A stretch of DNA of 64,000 bases. It comes from Solirubrobacterales bacterium. Lineage in GTDB: Bacteria; Actinomycetota; Thermoleophilia; Solirubrobacterales; Solirubrobacteraceae. The stretch covers positions 2,728 to 66,727 of the forward strand of contig JBBQBV010000001.1 of NCBI GenBank assembly GCA_038318085.1, in the 5' to 3' direction. Below, piece by piece: positions 47,291 to 55,913 of the stretch (its first letter is position 1; the number at the start of each line of letters is the position of its first letter). Position numbers and translations under genes: made by a program. The notes beneath the pieces were generated by a model. It made no database searches. It worked only from the letters and a program-made list of their open reading frames with translations, and was not told the DNA's origin.

Positions 47291-49142
47291 CGGCGCCCGC
47301 GAAGCGGACGAAGCCCACGTCGCCGAAGCCGCTCAGCGCGCTCGCCTTCAGCCCGGCGGGGGAGAGGGTGTAGAGCCGGTCCCCGATCACCAGTGAGCGG
47401 TCGATGGCGACGCCGTCGTGGGTGACGCTCCCGGCCTGGGTGATGCCGTCGTCGCGCACGGTGAAGCCGATCGCGCCGGAGAAGACCTGGCCGGCGCCGT
47501 CGTAGATCGATGCGGGCAGCACGGCGAGGTCGCGCTTGGGCCACCACAGGAACGCGTGGTGCTCGTACTCGGCCGTCGAAGAGGCGCCCTGGCCGAGGGC
47601 GGCGCGCTGCAGCAGCTTCGGCGCCGCGAGGTCGGAGACGTCGAACAGCGAGACCTGCGTGCCCTGCGTGCGGCCCTGCTCGCTCGCGTCCTGGCCGACG
47701 CCGATCAGCCGGCCGTCGCCCGCCGGATGCAGATAGGAGGAGACGCCGAGCAGCTTGAGCTCCCCGCTGACGCGCGGCTTCGCCGGGTCGGAGAGGTCCA
47801 GCGCGAACAGCGGGTCGACCTGGCGGAACGTCACGACGAAGGCCGCGTCGTCGACGTAGCGCACGGCGTAGATGCGCTCGCCGGCCCCCAAGCCGCTGAC
47901 GCGGCCGAGCGGCGCCAGCCCGGTGGCGGACTCCTGCAGGGTGGTGAGGTGGCTCTGGCTGGCGCTGGTGCCCGCCTCGGCAAACCACGGCGGCTCCTCC
48001 GTGCTCGCCACGCGCAGGACGCCGGCGCGCTCGGACATCGCGAACTGGCTGAGCAGGTAGCCGGGGACCTGGCCGCTGCCCGCGTAGGTCGTGACGTCGG
48101 GGTCGGCGATGTCGAAGCGGTGGATCTGGGTCGTGGTGTCCTGCGGCACCGGGCCGCCCGTCTCGGACTGCACCCGCGGCTGGTAGCGCTGGCTGGCGAC
48201 GAACAGGCTGTCCTTGGAGGCGTAGACCGTCTCGCCGCCCGACAGCAGGCCGTCGGCGTCGACCGGCTCGAGACCCTTGTCCATGTCGATCGTCAGCACC
48301 GTCACCTCTCCGAGGCCGGAGAAGGAGCGCGGGCGCCGCACGGAGCGGCAGCCGACCAGGGGGCGGCTGCGGGCCTTGCCGCTGCCGGCGGTGGCGAACG
48401 TGCCACGCGGCAGCCAGGCCCCGGTCGCGGCTCGGCCGGACGCGGGCTGCACGATCGCGCGCGGCAGGGTGGCCAGCACGAGCCGCGCCGAGGCGCCGAC
48501 GGCGCGGGCGGCGACGAGATCGCCCGCGAAGCTCAGGGTCTTGGTCAGCGCGGGATGGGCGGGATCGCTGACGTCCACGAGGGCGATCACGGTCTTGGGG
48601 GCGACGGTCGGCGGGGCGGGGCTCGGCGCCCGCGCGGCCTGGGCCAGCGGGGCGCCGTCGCCGTACTGGGTCCAGGTGACGAGCAGGCGGTCGCCGCGCA
48701 GCAGGAGCTGGTGGCCGTAGCCCGTCCCGAGCGCCAACGTCCCGAGCTCCTCGGGGGCGCCGCTGGAGACGTCGACGACGTGCAGCCGTCCGGCCTCGAC
48801 GGCGTACAGCGTGGTCCCGTTCGTCTTGACGATGTCGGGCTCGTGGACGCCCGCCTCCTGCACGTTGGTGACGGAGAAGTCCTCACCGGGAGTGGCCGCA
48901 GGGGGGACCGGAGCCGTCACCTCGCCCGCGGGCCCGCCGGCACCCGGCGCGGCGACGAGCGGCGGCGTCGGGACGGCGGCGGGCGGAGGCCCGTTCGGCG
49001 ACCAGCGTGGCGCGTGGCGCTTGCCGTAGGTCACGAGCTGCTTGCAGCTGGCGAAGCGCCTGAGCTTGGGCTTGGCCGCGTCGGCCTGCGCGCTGAGGCT
49101 CAGCATGACGACGAGGGCGAGCAGGGCCAGGACGCGGCGCAT
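47250..49142 (-). CDS. Secreted beta-propeller-domain protein
   Basis: ATG at 49142 gives the signal peptide MRRVLALLALVVMLSLSAQADA. FASCKQLVTYGK and a repeated-strand architecture resemble the 'beta propeller domain' family (from memory). Its 3' end overlaps the patatin 3' end by 41 nt. Confidence 0.6.
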   Translation of the reverse strand: MRRVLALLALVVMLSLSAQADAAKPKLRRFASCKQLVTYGKRHAPRWSPNGPPPAAVPTPPLVAAPGAGGPAGEVTAPVPPAATPGEDFSVTNVQEAGVHEPDIVKTNGTTLYAVEAGRLHVVDVSSGAPEELGTLALGTGYGHQLLLRGDRLLVTWTQYGDGAPLAQAARAPSPAPPTVAPKTVIALVDVSDPAHPALTKTLSFAGDLVAARAVGASARLVLATLPRAIVQPASGRAATGAWLPRGTFATAGSGKARSRPLVGCRSVRRPRSFSGLGEVTVLTIDMDKGLEPVDADGLLSGGETVYASKDSLFVASQRYQPRVQSETGGPVPQDTTTQIHRFDIADPDVTTYAGSGQVPGYLLSQFAMSERAGVLRVASTEEPPWFAEAGTSASQSHLTTLQESATGLAPLGRVSGLGAGERIYAVRYVDDAAFVVTFRQVDPLFALDLSDPAKPRVSGELKLLGVSSYLHPAGDGRLIGVGQDASEQGRTQGTQVSLFDVSDLAAPKLLQRAALGQGASSTAEYEHHAFLWWPKRDLAVLPASIYDGAGQVFSGAIGFTVRDDGITQAGSVTHDGVAIDRSLVIGDRLYTLSPAGLKASALSGFGDVGFVRFAGAASGGAGSATPPSP

Positions 49143-49231
49143 GCCGACGATGGTCCTCTCTGCGACCTGGCGCGTCAAGCGCCGGACCACTGGGCGCCAT
49201 GTCCCGGTGGTCCGTGACGCGCGAGCGAGGC

Positions 49232-49692
49232 TCAGACGAGCGAGATCGCCACGTGCTCCAGCAGGTCCAGCGCCTCCCGCAGGCCGTTCTCCATCCCGGA
49301 GTTGACGTGCACGTCGCGTCGTGCTCGCGACTCGTGTGCTGCACGAGCAGCGTGAGGGTCGTGCGCCCGTCGGACTCGGTGAACGTCGCGATGTTCACCG
49401 CCTCGCCTTCGGGCATGGCCTCGTAGACCTCGGTCGAGACGATGCGCTCGTTGGGGCTGATCTCCCGGTACTCGCCGTGGAAAGCGACCTCGAGCCCGCT
49501 GTGCGTGACCATCGCGTAGCGCCACGTGCCACCGACCCGCAGATCGACGTCGGCCACGATGACCTCGCCTCTGTGTGCCGCCCACCAGCGCTTGATCAGC
49601 GCTGGCGTGGTCCACGCCTCGTAGACCATGGACTTGGGTGCGTCGAACTCCCGCGTGATCAGGATCTCCGTCTCGGCCGGAAGCGTCACCAC
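49232..49692 (-). pseudogene. SRPBCC/AHSA1-family protein interrupted by a -1 frameshift
   Basis: The N-terminal frame reads ...ILITREFDAPKSMVYEAWTTPALIKRWW...TLLVQHTSREH. The family-typical C-terminus RDVHVNSGMENGLREALDLLEHVAISLV continues in another frame (ORF 49232..49615). The junction is at 49319..49320. The 461-nt length is not a multiple of 3. Confidence 0.7.
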
Positions 49693-49696
49693 TGCC

Positions 49697-50068
49697 TCAC
49701 CGCTGCTCGTCACCGGTACCACCTCGTTCCTCCTTGCCTTTGAGTTCTTCCAACAGGACGTCCAGTGCCTCGAAACGCGTGCTCCACGTCTGCTCGTAGG
49801 TTCTGACCCAGTCGTGGATGGGCTTGAGCGGGTGCCCGTTGAGCCGGTACATCCGCTGGCGCCCTTCGTCGCGCACCTCCACCAGGCCCACCTCCCGAAG
49901 CACCTTCAGGTGCTTGGACACCTGCGGTTGAGCCAGACCGAGCAGCGTGACGAGGGCGTTCACGGGGCGCTCCCCGTCGGCGAGGACGTCCAGGATCTGC
50001 CGCCGGCGGGGCTCTGCCACCGCGTTGAAGGCATCCGCTGTCGTTGCTGCTCGCGCCATGCCGCGCAT
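49697..50068 (-). CDS. ArsR/SmtB-family transcriptional regulator
   Basis: ATG at 50068 or 50059. FNAVAEPRRRQILDVLADGERPVNALVTLLGLAQPQVSKHLKVLREVGLV is a winged-HTH. It lies upstream of and co-oriented with the SRPBCC gene, a common pairing. Confidence 0.85.
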   Translation of the reverse strand: MRGMARAATTADAFNAVAEPRRRQILDVLADGERPVNALVTLLGLAQPQVSKHLKVLREVGLVEVRDEGRQRMYRLNGHPLKPIHDWVRTYEQTWSTRFEALDVLLEELKGKEERGGTGDEQR

Positions 50069-50090
50069 AATATTCCCATATAAGAATATG
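50066..50090. promoter_or_regulatory. AT-rich imperfect 12-1-12 inverted repeat, candidate ArsR operator
   Basis: CATAATATTCCC-A-TATAAGAATATG, with perfect core arms ATATTC (50070..50075) and GAATAT (50084..50089). It overlaps the arsR start codon in the only AT-rich intergenic stretch here. Confidence 0.5.
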
Positions 50091-50134
50091 TCAAGGGTTG
50101 GGCATCCTCCGCGCAATCGGGGTACGACGGCGCA

Positions 50135-50629
50135 ATGACCTCCAGCACAAGATGGCCCGATGCCGCCCTGCTCGGCGCCTCCGGCGCGATGCGGACCTTC
50201 GTGCCTCCCGCGATGCTCGCCGTGCGGGGCCGGATCAGCGGCCGCGCCCACCACGCGGTGCTCGCCGCCGCGGTGGGGGAGATGGTCCATGACAAGCTGC
50301 CGATCGCGCGCGAGCGGGTCGACGTCCCGTCCGTCGGCGCGCGCGTCGCCACGGGCCTGTTCTCCGGCAAGGCCGTGGCCGGGCCGGCGGGGGCGGTGGC
50401 CGGCGCCGCGGCCGCCGCGGTCGCCACGTTTGCGACCTACCGCGCTCGCATCCTGGTCGGCCGGGCCACGGGCATCGCGGATCCGTGGATCGGCGCGGCT
50501 GAGGACATCGTGTGCGTCACGGCCGCCGCCGTGGCGACCCGCCAGGCCGCCGCCGCTCCAGGCCTCGGCGCGGCGGGCGCGCTCAGAGCGACGTCACCTG
50601 GTCGCCGGTGGCGATCAGGATCTCGCTGA
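50135..50629 (+). CDS. Membrane protein, DUF4126-like
   Basis: 164 aa, Ala/Gly-rich hydrophobic segments, and a GEMVHDKLP motif. Divergent from arsR. The family call is from memory. Its 3' end overlaps the rpiA 3' end. Confidence 0.45.
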   Translation: MTSSTRWPDAALLGASGAMRTFVPPAMLAVRGRISGRAHHAVLAAAVGEMVHDKLPIARERVDVPSVGARVATGLFSGKAVAGPAGAVAGAAAAAVATFATYRARILVGRATGIADPWIGAAEDIVCVTAAAVATRQAAAAPGLGAAGALRATSPGRRWRSGSR

Positions 50630-51224
50630 CCAGCTCGGGCGCGAAGAGCCCATGGGCGACGACGCCCGGCACGGCGTCGAGCCGTGCCGCCAGCGCGGCC
50701 AGATCGTCGACCGGCCCGTGGTAGTCGGCGATGACGCCGCCGTCGGGGCTCGGCGGCGCGCCGTCGCGCACGGTCGCGTCCCCGAGCTCGCGCAGGGTCG
50801 CCTGCAGCCCGTAGGCGTGCAGCTCGAGCGGGATCGGCGCGCGGATCACGTCGACCGTCTTGTCCGATCCGGCGATCACGACGAAGCGCGCCGACGCCGA
50901 CGCGACGATCTTCTCGCGCGTGTGCGCCCCGCCGCCGCCCTTGACCAGCCAGCGGCCCGGGTCGACCTGGTCGGTGCCGTCGATGGCGATGTCGAGGCGG
51001 TCGAGGTCGTCGAAGGCCTCGACCTGCAGGCCGAGCTCGCGGGCGCGCCGCTCGGTGGCGTCGGAGGTGGCCACGCAGCGCACGCCCTCCAGGCGGCGCG
51101 CGGCGAGCGCCGTCAGCAGGTGCGCGACGGTGGAGCCCGTTCCGAGCCCGACGACCTGCCCGGGCTCCACCATCGCGGCGGCGGCCTCGGCCGCGACCCG
51201 CTTTTCGTGTTCTGGGTCGGTCAT
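50583..51224 (-). CDS. rpiA: Ribose-5-phosphate isomerase A
   Basis: ATG at 51224. VGLGTGSTVAHLL, IDGTDQVD and KGGGGAHTREKIVA motifs. Confidence 0.85.
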   Translation of the reverse strand: MTDPEHEKRVAAEAAAAMVEPGQVVGLGTGSTVAHLLTALAARRLEGVRCVATSDATERRARELGLQVEAFDDLDRLDIAIDGTDQVDPGRWLVKGGGGAHTREKIVASASARFVVIAGSDKTVDVIRAPIPLELHAYGLQATLRELGDATVRDGAPPSPDGGVIADYHGPVDDLAALAARLDAVPGVVAHGLFAPELVSEILIATGDQVTSL

Positions 51225-51273
51225 GGTGAGCAGAGCATGGCGTACCGCTCCGCTCGGTGTGAGGCGACGCACA

Positions 51274-52878
51274 ATGGGAGTGGACACTCACCTTCCCGGC
51301 GGTCATCATGAGCGGCCGATGGGCGCGACCGCCACCAACGCCGGGCGGCTGCGCGGCCCGGACACGATCACGGCCCGCCGCGCGCTGTTGCGCAGCGTCG
51401 ACCGCCGCCTCACGGTCTCGCAGTGGACCGCCCACGCGTTCGGCATCTTCGACGTCGTCGCGCTGCTCTTCTATGTCCTGCCCGGGCCGGTCAACCGCTC
51501 CGAGTTCACCGATCACCTGCACGCGAACGCCGTCGGGTTGGCGATCTACGTCCCACTGTCGATGATCGTCGGGACCATCGTCGGCAAGCGGATGAGCCCG
51601 ACGCGCATGGCCTGGATCGTCGAGGACCGCGAGCCGACGCCCGAGGAGCGCGGGCGGGCGCTGCGCGCCCCGATCTACGAGTTCAAGCTCGACGCCGCCC
51701 TGTGGCTCGGCGCGGCGGTGCTGTTCGCGGCGATCAACCTCCCGACCTCCGGCGCGCTCGCCCTCCACGTCGCCTGGACGATCTTCCTCGGCGGGCTGAC
51801 CACCTGCGGCGTCGCCTACCTGCTGCTCGAGCGCCAGCTGCGCCCGATCACCGAGCTGGCGCTCGCCGCCGGCCCTCCCGCGCGGCCCGCGTGGCCAGGC
51901 GTCGAGGGCCGCCTGGTCCTCGCCTGGCTGCTGGCGACCGGCATGCCGCTGCTCGGGCTCGTCTCGCTCGGTATCGACGGCCTCATCCACGACGTCTCCT
52001 CGGCTGAGATGGCGCGCAGCACGCTCGCGCTCGCGGTCGTGGCGTTCGTGACCGGCGCCGGCGTGACGCTCGTGACCGCCCGCACGGTGGCGCGGCCGCT
52101 GACCGCCGTGCGCAAGGCGCTCGGCCGCGTCCAGGCGGGCGATCTGGCCACGGAGGTCCGCGTCGACGACGGCAGCGAGGTCGGGCTGCTGCAGAGCGGC
52201 TTCAACTCGATGGTCGGCGGCCTGCGCGAGCGCGAGCGCATGCAGGATCTCTACGCGCGCCAGGTCGGGGAGGACGTCGCCCGCGCCGCCCTGGCCGACG
52301 AGCCGCGCCTGGGCGGGGAGGTGCGCGAGGTGGCGGTCCTGTTCGTCGACATCATCGGCTCCACGGCGATGGCCGCGCAGGCGCCACCCGAGCGCGTCGT
52401 CGCGCGGCTGAACCGCTTCTTCTCGGTGGTCGTGGACGTGATCGCCGCCCACGGCGGCTGGGTCAACAAGTTCGAGGGTGACGCCGCCCTGTGCGTGTTC
52501 GGGGCGCCCGTGGTCGCGGAGGACCCGGCCGGCTGCGCGCTGGCCGCCGGGCGCGAGCTCCGGGAGCGGGTGCGCCTGGAGGTGTCGGGCGTCGAGGCGG
52601 GCATCGGCCTGTCGGCCGGGCCGGCGGTGGCGGGGTGGGTCGGTGCGCTGCAGCGCTTCGAGTACACGGTGATCGGCGACCCGGTCAACGTGGCGTCACG
52701 GCTGTCGGAGCTGGCCAAGCAGCGGCCGGGTCGGCTGCTGGCCTCCGAGGCGATCGTCGTGCGCGCGGCTGCCGCGGACGAGCGTGACCGCTGGCCGCTC
52801 GGCGAGCCCGAGACGCTGCGCGGGCGCAGCACCCCGATGCGCCTGGCGTCGCCGGCCGACGCCCTCATCGCCAACTAA
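51274..52878 (+). CDS. Membrane adenylate/guanylate cyclase (multi-TM - HAMP - class III cyclase domain)
   Basis: ATG 51274 (alternative 51319). About six hydrophobic segments, HAMP (ARPLTAVRKALGRVQAGDL...SGFNSMVGGL), and a cyclase core VAVLFVDIIGST, KFEGDAALCVFGAP, YTVIGDPVNVASRL. Confidence 0.85.
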   Translation: MGVDTHLPGGHHERPMGATATNAGRLRGPDTITARRALLRSVDRRLTVSQWTAHAFGIFDVVALLFYVLPGPVNRSEFTDHLHANAVGLAIYVPLSMIVGTIVGKRMSPTRMAWIVEDREPTPEERGRALRAPIYEFKLDAALWLGAAVLFAAINLPTSGALALHVAWTIFLGGLTTCGVAYLLLERQLRPITELALAAGPPARPAWPGVEGRLVLAWLLATGMPLLGLVSLGIDGLIHDVSSAEMARSTLALAVVAFVTGAGVTLVTARTVARPLTAVRKALGRVQAGDLATEVRVDDGSEVGLLQSGFNSMVGGLRERERMQDLYARQVGEDVARAALADEPRLGGEVREVAVLFVDIIGSTAMAAQAPPERVVARLNRFFSVVVDVIAAHGGWVNKFEGDAALCVFGAPVVAEDPAGCALAAGRELRERVRLEVSGVEAGIGLSAGPAVAGWVGALQRFEYTVIGDPVNVASRLSELAKQRPGRLLASEAIVVRAAAADERDRWPLGEPETLRGRSTPMRLASPADALIAN

Positions 52879-52888
52879 TCTCAACGCG

Positions 52889-53752
52889 GTGAAGCGCCAG
52901 ATCAACGCCGCCCTCAGGCGGTCCGGGTACCAGCTGACCAGGATCACTCCGCGGGCGGGGGAGCCCGGCCGCCCGGTCCGGGAACGCCGGCGCAACCCGC
53001 GGCTGCTCCGCGAGCCGGCGTTCGTGCTCTCCACGGTCCGCTCGGGCTCGACCTTGCTGCGGCTGCTCTTGGACTCCCACACGCAGATCCACTCACCGCA
53101 TGAGATGCACCTCAAGGACCTCCGGGTCGAGGTCGGCGGCAAGTACGGCGAGAAGGCCCTCGCCGAGGTCAAGCTGGACCGCGACGAGCTCAACTACGTG
53201 CTGTGGGACTGGTACCTGCACCGCGAACTGGCGACGACGGGCAAGCCGATCCTCGTCAACAAGACGCCGAGCGACGTCTGGATCACCGACGGCATCCAGG
53301 CGTGCTGGCCCGACGCCCGCTTTATCTTCTTGCTGCGCCACCCGCTCGCCGTCGCGCGCTCACGCCAGGCGCTGCGCCCGGACGACGCGGAGGAGGGCAA
53401 CCTCAAGCGCGTGCTCAAGTACGCCACGGCCGTCGAGCACGCGCGCGAGACGCTGCCCGGGCTCACCGTGCGCTACGAGGATCTCGCAGCCGATCCGGTG
53501 GTGCAGACGCAGCGGCTGTGCGCGTTCCTCGGCGTCGCCTGGGAGCCGGAGATGCTCGAGTACGGCAGATTCTCGCACGGGCGCCTGCGGGCCGGGCTGG
53601 GCGACTGGAAGGACACGATCAGGACGGGAGAGGTTCAGCCGCCCAAGCCGCTGCCGGCGCTCGACGAGGTCCCGGAGCTGCTGCGGCCGATCACCGCGGC
53701 GTGGGGCTACTCAGAACCGGTCCGGCCCGAACTCGAACGATCGAAACGCTGA
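52889..53752 (+). CDS. Sulfotransferase-family protein (Stf0-like)
   Basis: GTG at 52889. PAPS 5'-phosphosulfate loop VLSTVRSGSTLL and a 3'-phosphate motif FLLRHPLAVARS. Confidence 0.7.
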   Translation: MKRQINAALRRSGYQLTRITPRAGEPGRPVRERRRNPRLLREPAFVLSTVRSGSTLLRLLLDSHTQIHSPHEMHLKDLRVEVGGKYGEKALAEVKLDRDELNYVLWDWYLHRELATTGKPILVNKTPSDVWITDGIQACWPDARFIFLLRHPLAVARSRQALRPDDAEEGNLKRVLKYATAVEHARETLPGLTVRYEDLAADPVVQTQRLCAFLGVAWEPEMLEYGRFSHGRLRAGLGDWKDTIRTGEVQPPKPLPALDEVPELLRPITAAWGYSEPVRPELERSKR

Positions 53753-54367
53753 CCTCATCGCCTTGACGAGGGCGCGGCCGCGGGCGCCGAGGCGCCGGCG
53801 GCCCTTGACCTGCCGGAAGGTGATGATCGCGCCGTCACGCACGCCGGGCAGCTCGGGGGGGACGGCGAGGATGTCGATCCCCGTGCCGGGCCGCTCGGCG
53901 CTCCCGTAGCTGAAGCCCACCTGGTAGCCGGGCGCCGTGTGCACGCGGGCCTTGCCGTCCGCCTGCAGCCTGAAGCTCGACACGCTGCCGGCGAGGCGCG
54001 CCGCGTAGCCGGCGGTGAAGGCCGGGAGCAGGCCGGCCACGTCGCCGCGGTAAGCGGGGAGGTGCAGGGCGCGTACCGTCACGGCCAGGCCGAGGCCGCG
54101 CCGGTGGCCCTGCAGGCGCAGCAGCTCGCCCGGGCGGGGCGTCGCGCGCTTGACCAGGCCAGGCGTCAGCAGGACGCTGAAGACCGGCGCCTGGCGGTGG
54201 ACCACCTGCTGCTTGCCGTCGAGCGGGTCGTAGAACACGAGCAGCGCGAGAAGCGTCAGAAGGACCAGGACCGCCGCGATGACCGCCACGCTCGTGCGCT
54301 GCCCGATCCCCCGCCGGCGCTCAAGAATCTGCGGAAGCGTCTCACCGAACTCCGCCTGCCCGGTCAC
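53711..54367 (-). CDS. Membrane-anchored hypothetical protein
   Basis: GTG at 54367 overlaps the upstream stop (GTGA). One TM segment (VAVIAAVLVLLTLLALLVF), then a globular domain of unknown function. Confidence 0.5.
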   Translation of the reverse strand: MTGQAEFGETLPQILERRRGIGQRTSVAVIAAVLVLLTLLALLVFYDPLDGKQQVVHRQAPVFSVLLTPGLVKRATPRPGELLRLQGHRRGLGLAVTVRALHLPAYRGDVAGLLPAFTAGYAARLAGSVSSFRLQADGKARVHTAPGYQVGFSYGSAERPGTGIDILAVPPELPGVRDGAIITFRQVKGRRRLGARGRALVKAMRSAFRSFEFGPDRF

Positions 54368-55896
54368 GCGGGCACCGCCTCGGCCGGGTCCGGGGCCGAC
54401 GCCGGCAGCGCGCGCCGCAGCGCCACCGCTGCGGCCAGCAGCGCCCACGTCAGCGGGTCCTCGAGGAAGGCGGCGTAGACGAGCGTGTGCACCACGAGCG
54501 CGGCGAAGGCGGCGGCCACGGCTGCGCGCGGCAGCGACACTCGCGCGCCGCGCAGCTGCAGCCGCAGCGCCAGGACGACCAGCAGCAGATAGGCGGCGAG
54601 TCCGATGATCCCCTGCTCGGCCGCGACGGTGACCGGGATCGTGTGCGACTCGGCCGGCGAGCGGGGGGAGAGCAGGTGCTTGCGGGCGCGGTAGCGCTCG
54701 GCGAAGGACCCCGAGCCGAAGCCCGCGAGCGGCCGGTCGCGCGCCATCTCCAGGCCGCCCTTGATCAGGTCGGCGCGCCCGCTGGTGGCCTTGTTGAGGT
54801 CGTCGAAGGAGCGCGACCCCAGGCCGACGGAGCCCGGGGCCGCCAGCGCGGCCGCGGCGGCCGCGACGACCAGCACGCCCGCGGTCAACAGGACCGGCTT
54901 CACACGCCAGCGCAGCGCCGCGAGGACGACGAGGCCGACGGCCAGCGCGGCGAAGCTCGACTCCGACAGCGACGGCACGAGCCCGGCCCACAGGACGGCG
55001 AGCGCCAGCGCGCAGCCGATGACGACGCGCCGCTGGCTCGCCCACAAGAGCACGCCCGCGACCAGCACCATGGCCAGGGCGAGGAAGCGCCCGTAGATGT
55101 TCGGATCGAAGAACAGCGAGTTCACCCGGAAGTACGGCTTGAGCTCGTTGGCGGTCAGCACCTTCTCGTTCGCGAGCAGCAGGTGTCGCGCCGCGTACTC
55201 GTACAGCCCGACGCCGGCGCACAGCAGCGCGAGGCCGAGCGTCAGGCCGAACGCCCAGCGCAGCAGCCGCGGCGTCCACGTCGCGTCGAGCAGCAGGCGG
55301 AAGAGCAGCGCGAAGGGCACGTAGAAGAAGCAGATGTCCTTGACGGCCGCTTCGACGTCGGTGGAGTAGATCGCCTGGGCCGCGTACAGGACGACGACGC
55401 CGGCCAGGACCCGCTCGACGAGCTCGACCCCCGTGCCGCGCCGGACGGGCGGGGCGCTGCGCGGCAAGCCCACCCGTGCGACCACGCCGCAGGCGATCAC
55501 CCCGTACAGCGGCAGCAGGAGGTTGGCGGTCTCGCCGCCGATCGTCAGCGGGATGCGCACCGGCAGGGCGGCGACGGCGCACAGGACGATCGCGCCCGGC
55601 CAGCGCCTGAAGATCCAGGCGCCGGCGGCCAGAGCCGCGAGGCCGGCCACCACGGCGCCGCCGAGCAGCGCCAGCCGGCCGTCGACGGCGTCCTTGACCT
55701 GCCCGCCGATGACGAGCCCGAGCGCCAGGGCGGCGAACACGACCGCCGCCACCAGGGCCGGCCGGCGCCGGCGCACATCCTCGATCCACAGCACGGCGGC
55801 GGCGGCGAGCGCCGCCGCCAGGGCGGCGGTTCCCTGCACGGCCGGGGCCACCGCGAGCAGCGTCACCGCCGGGACGGTATTGGGCGCGCCCGCCAC
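54364..55896 (-). CDS. O-antigen ligase / Wzy-like polytopic membrane protein
   Basis: 510 aa with at least 10 hydrophobic segments and a large loop containing ...GSGSFAERY...ESHTIPVTVAAEQG, typical of the Wzy_C family. The start is uncertain: GTG 55896 or 55866. Confidence 0.65.
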   Translation of the reverse strand: MAGAPNTVPAVTLLAVAPAVQGTAALAAALAAAAVLWIEDVRRRRPALVAAVVFAALALGLVIGGQVKDAVDGRLALLGGAVVAGLAALAAGAWIFRRWPGAIVLCAVAALPVRIPLTIGGETANLLLPLYGVIACGVVARVGLPRSAPPVRRGTGVELVERVLAGVVVLYAAQAIYSTDVEAAVKDICFFYVPFALLFRLLLDATWTPRLLRWAFGLTLGLALLCAGVGLYEYAARHLLLANEKVLTANELKPYFRVNSLFFDPNIYGRFLALAMVLVAGVLLWASQRRVVIGCALALAVLWAGLVPSLSESSFAALAVGLVVLAALRWRVKPVLLTAGVLVVAAAAAALAAPGSVGLGSRSFDDLNKATSGRADLIKGGLEMARDRPLAGFGSGSFAERYRARKHLLSPRSPAESHTIPVTVAAEQGIIGLAAYLLLVVLALRLQLRGARVSLPRAAVAAAFAALVVHTLVYAAFLEDPLTWALLAAAVALRRALPASAPDPAEAVPA

Positions 55897-55913
55897 TAGC
55901 GTTCCGAAGCGCC

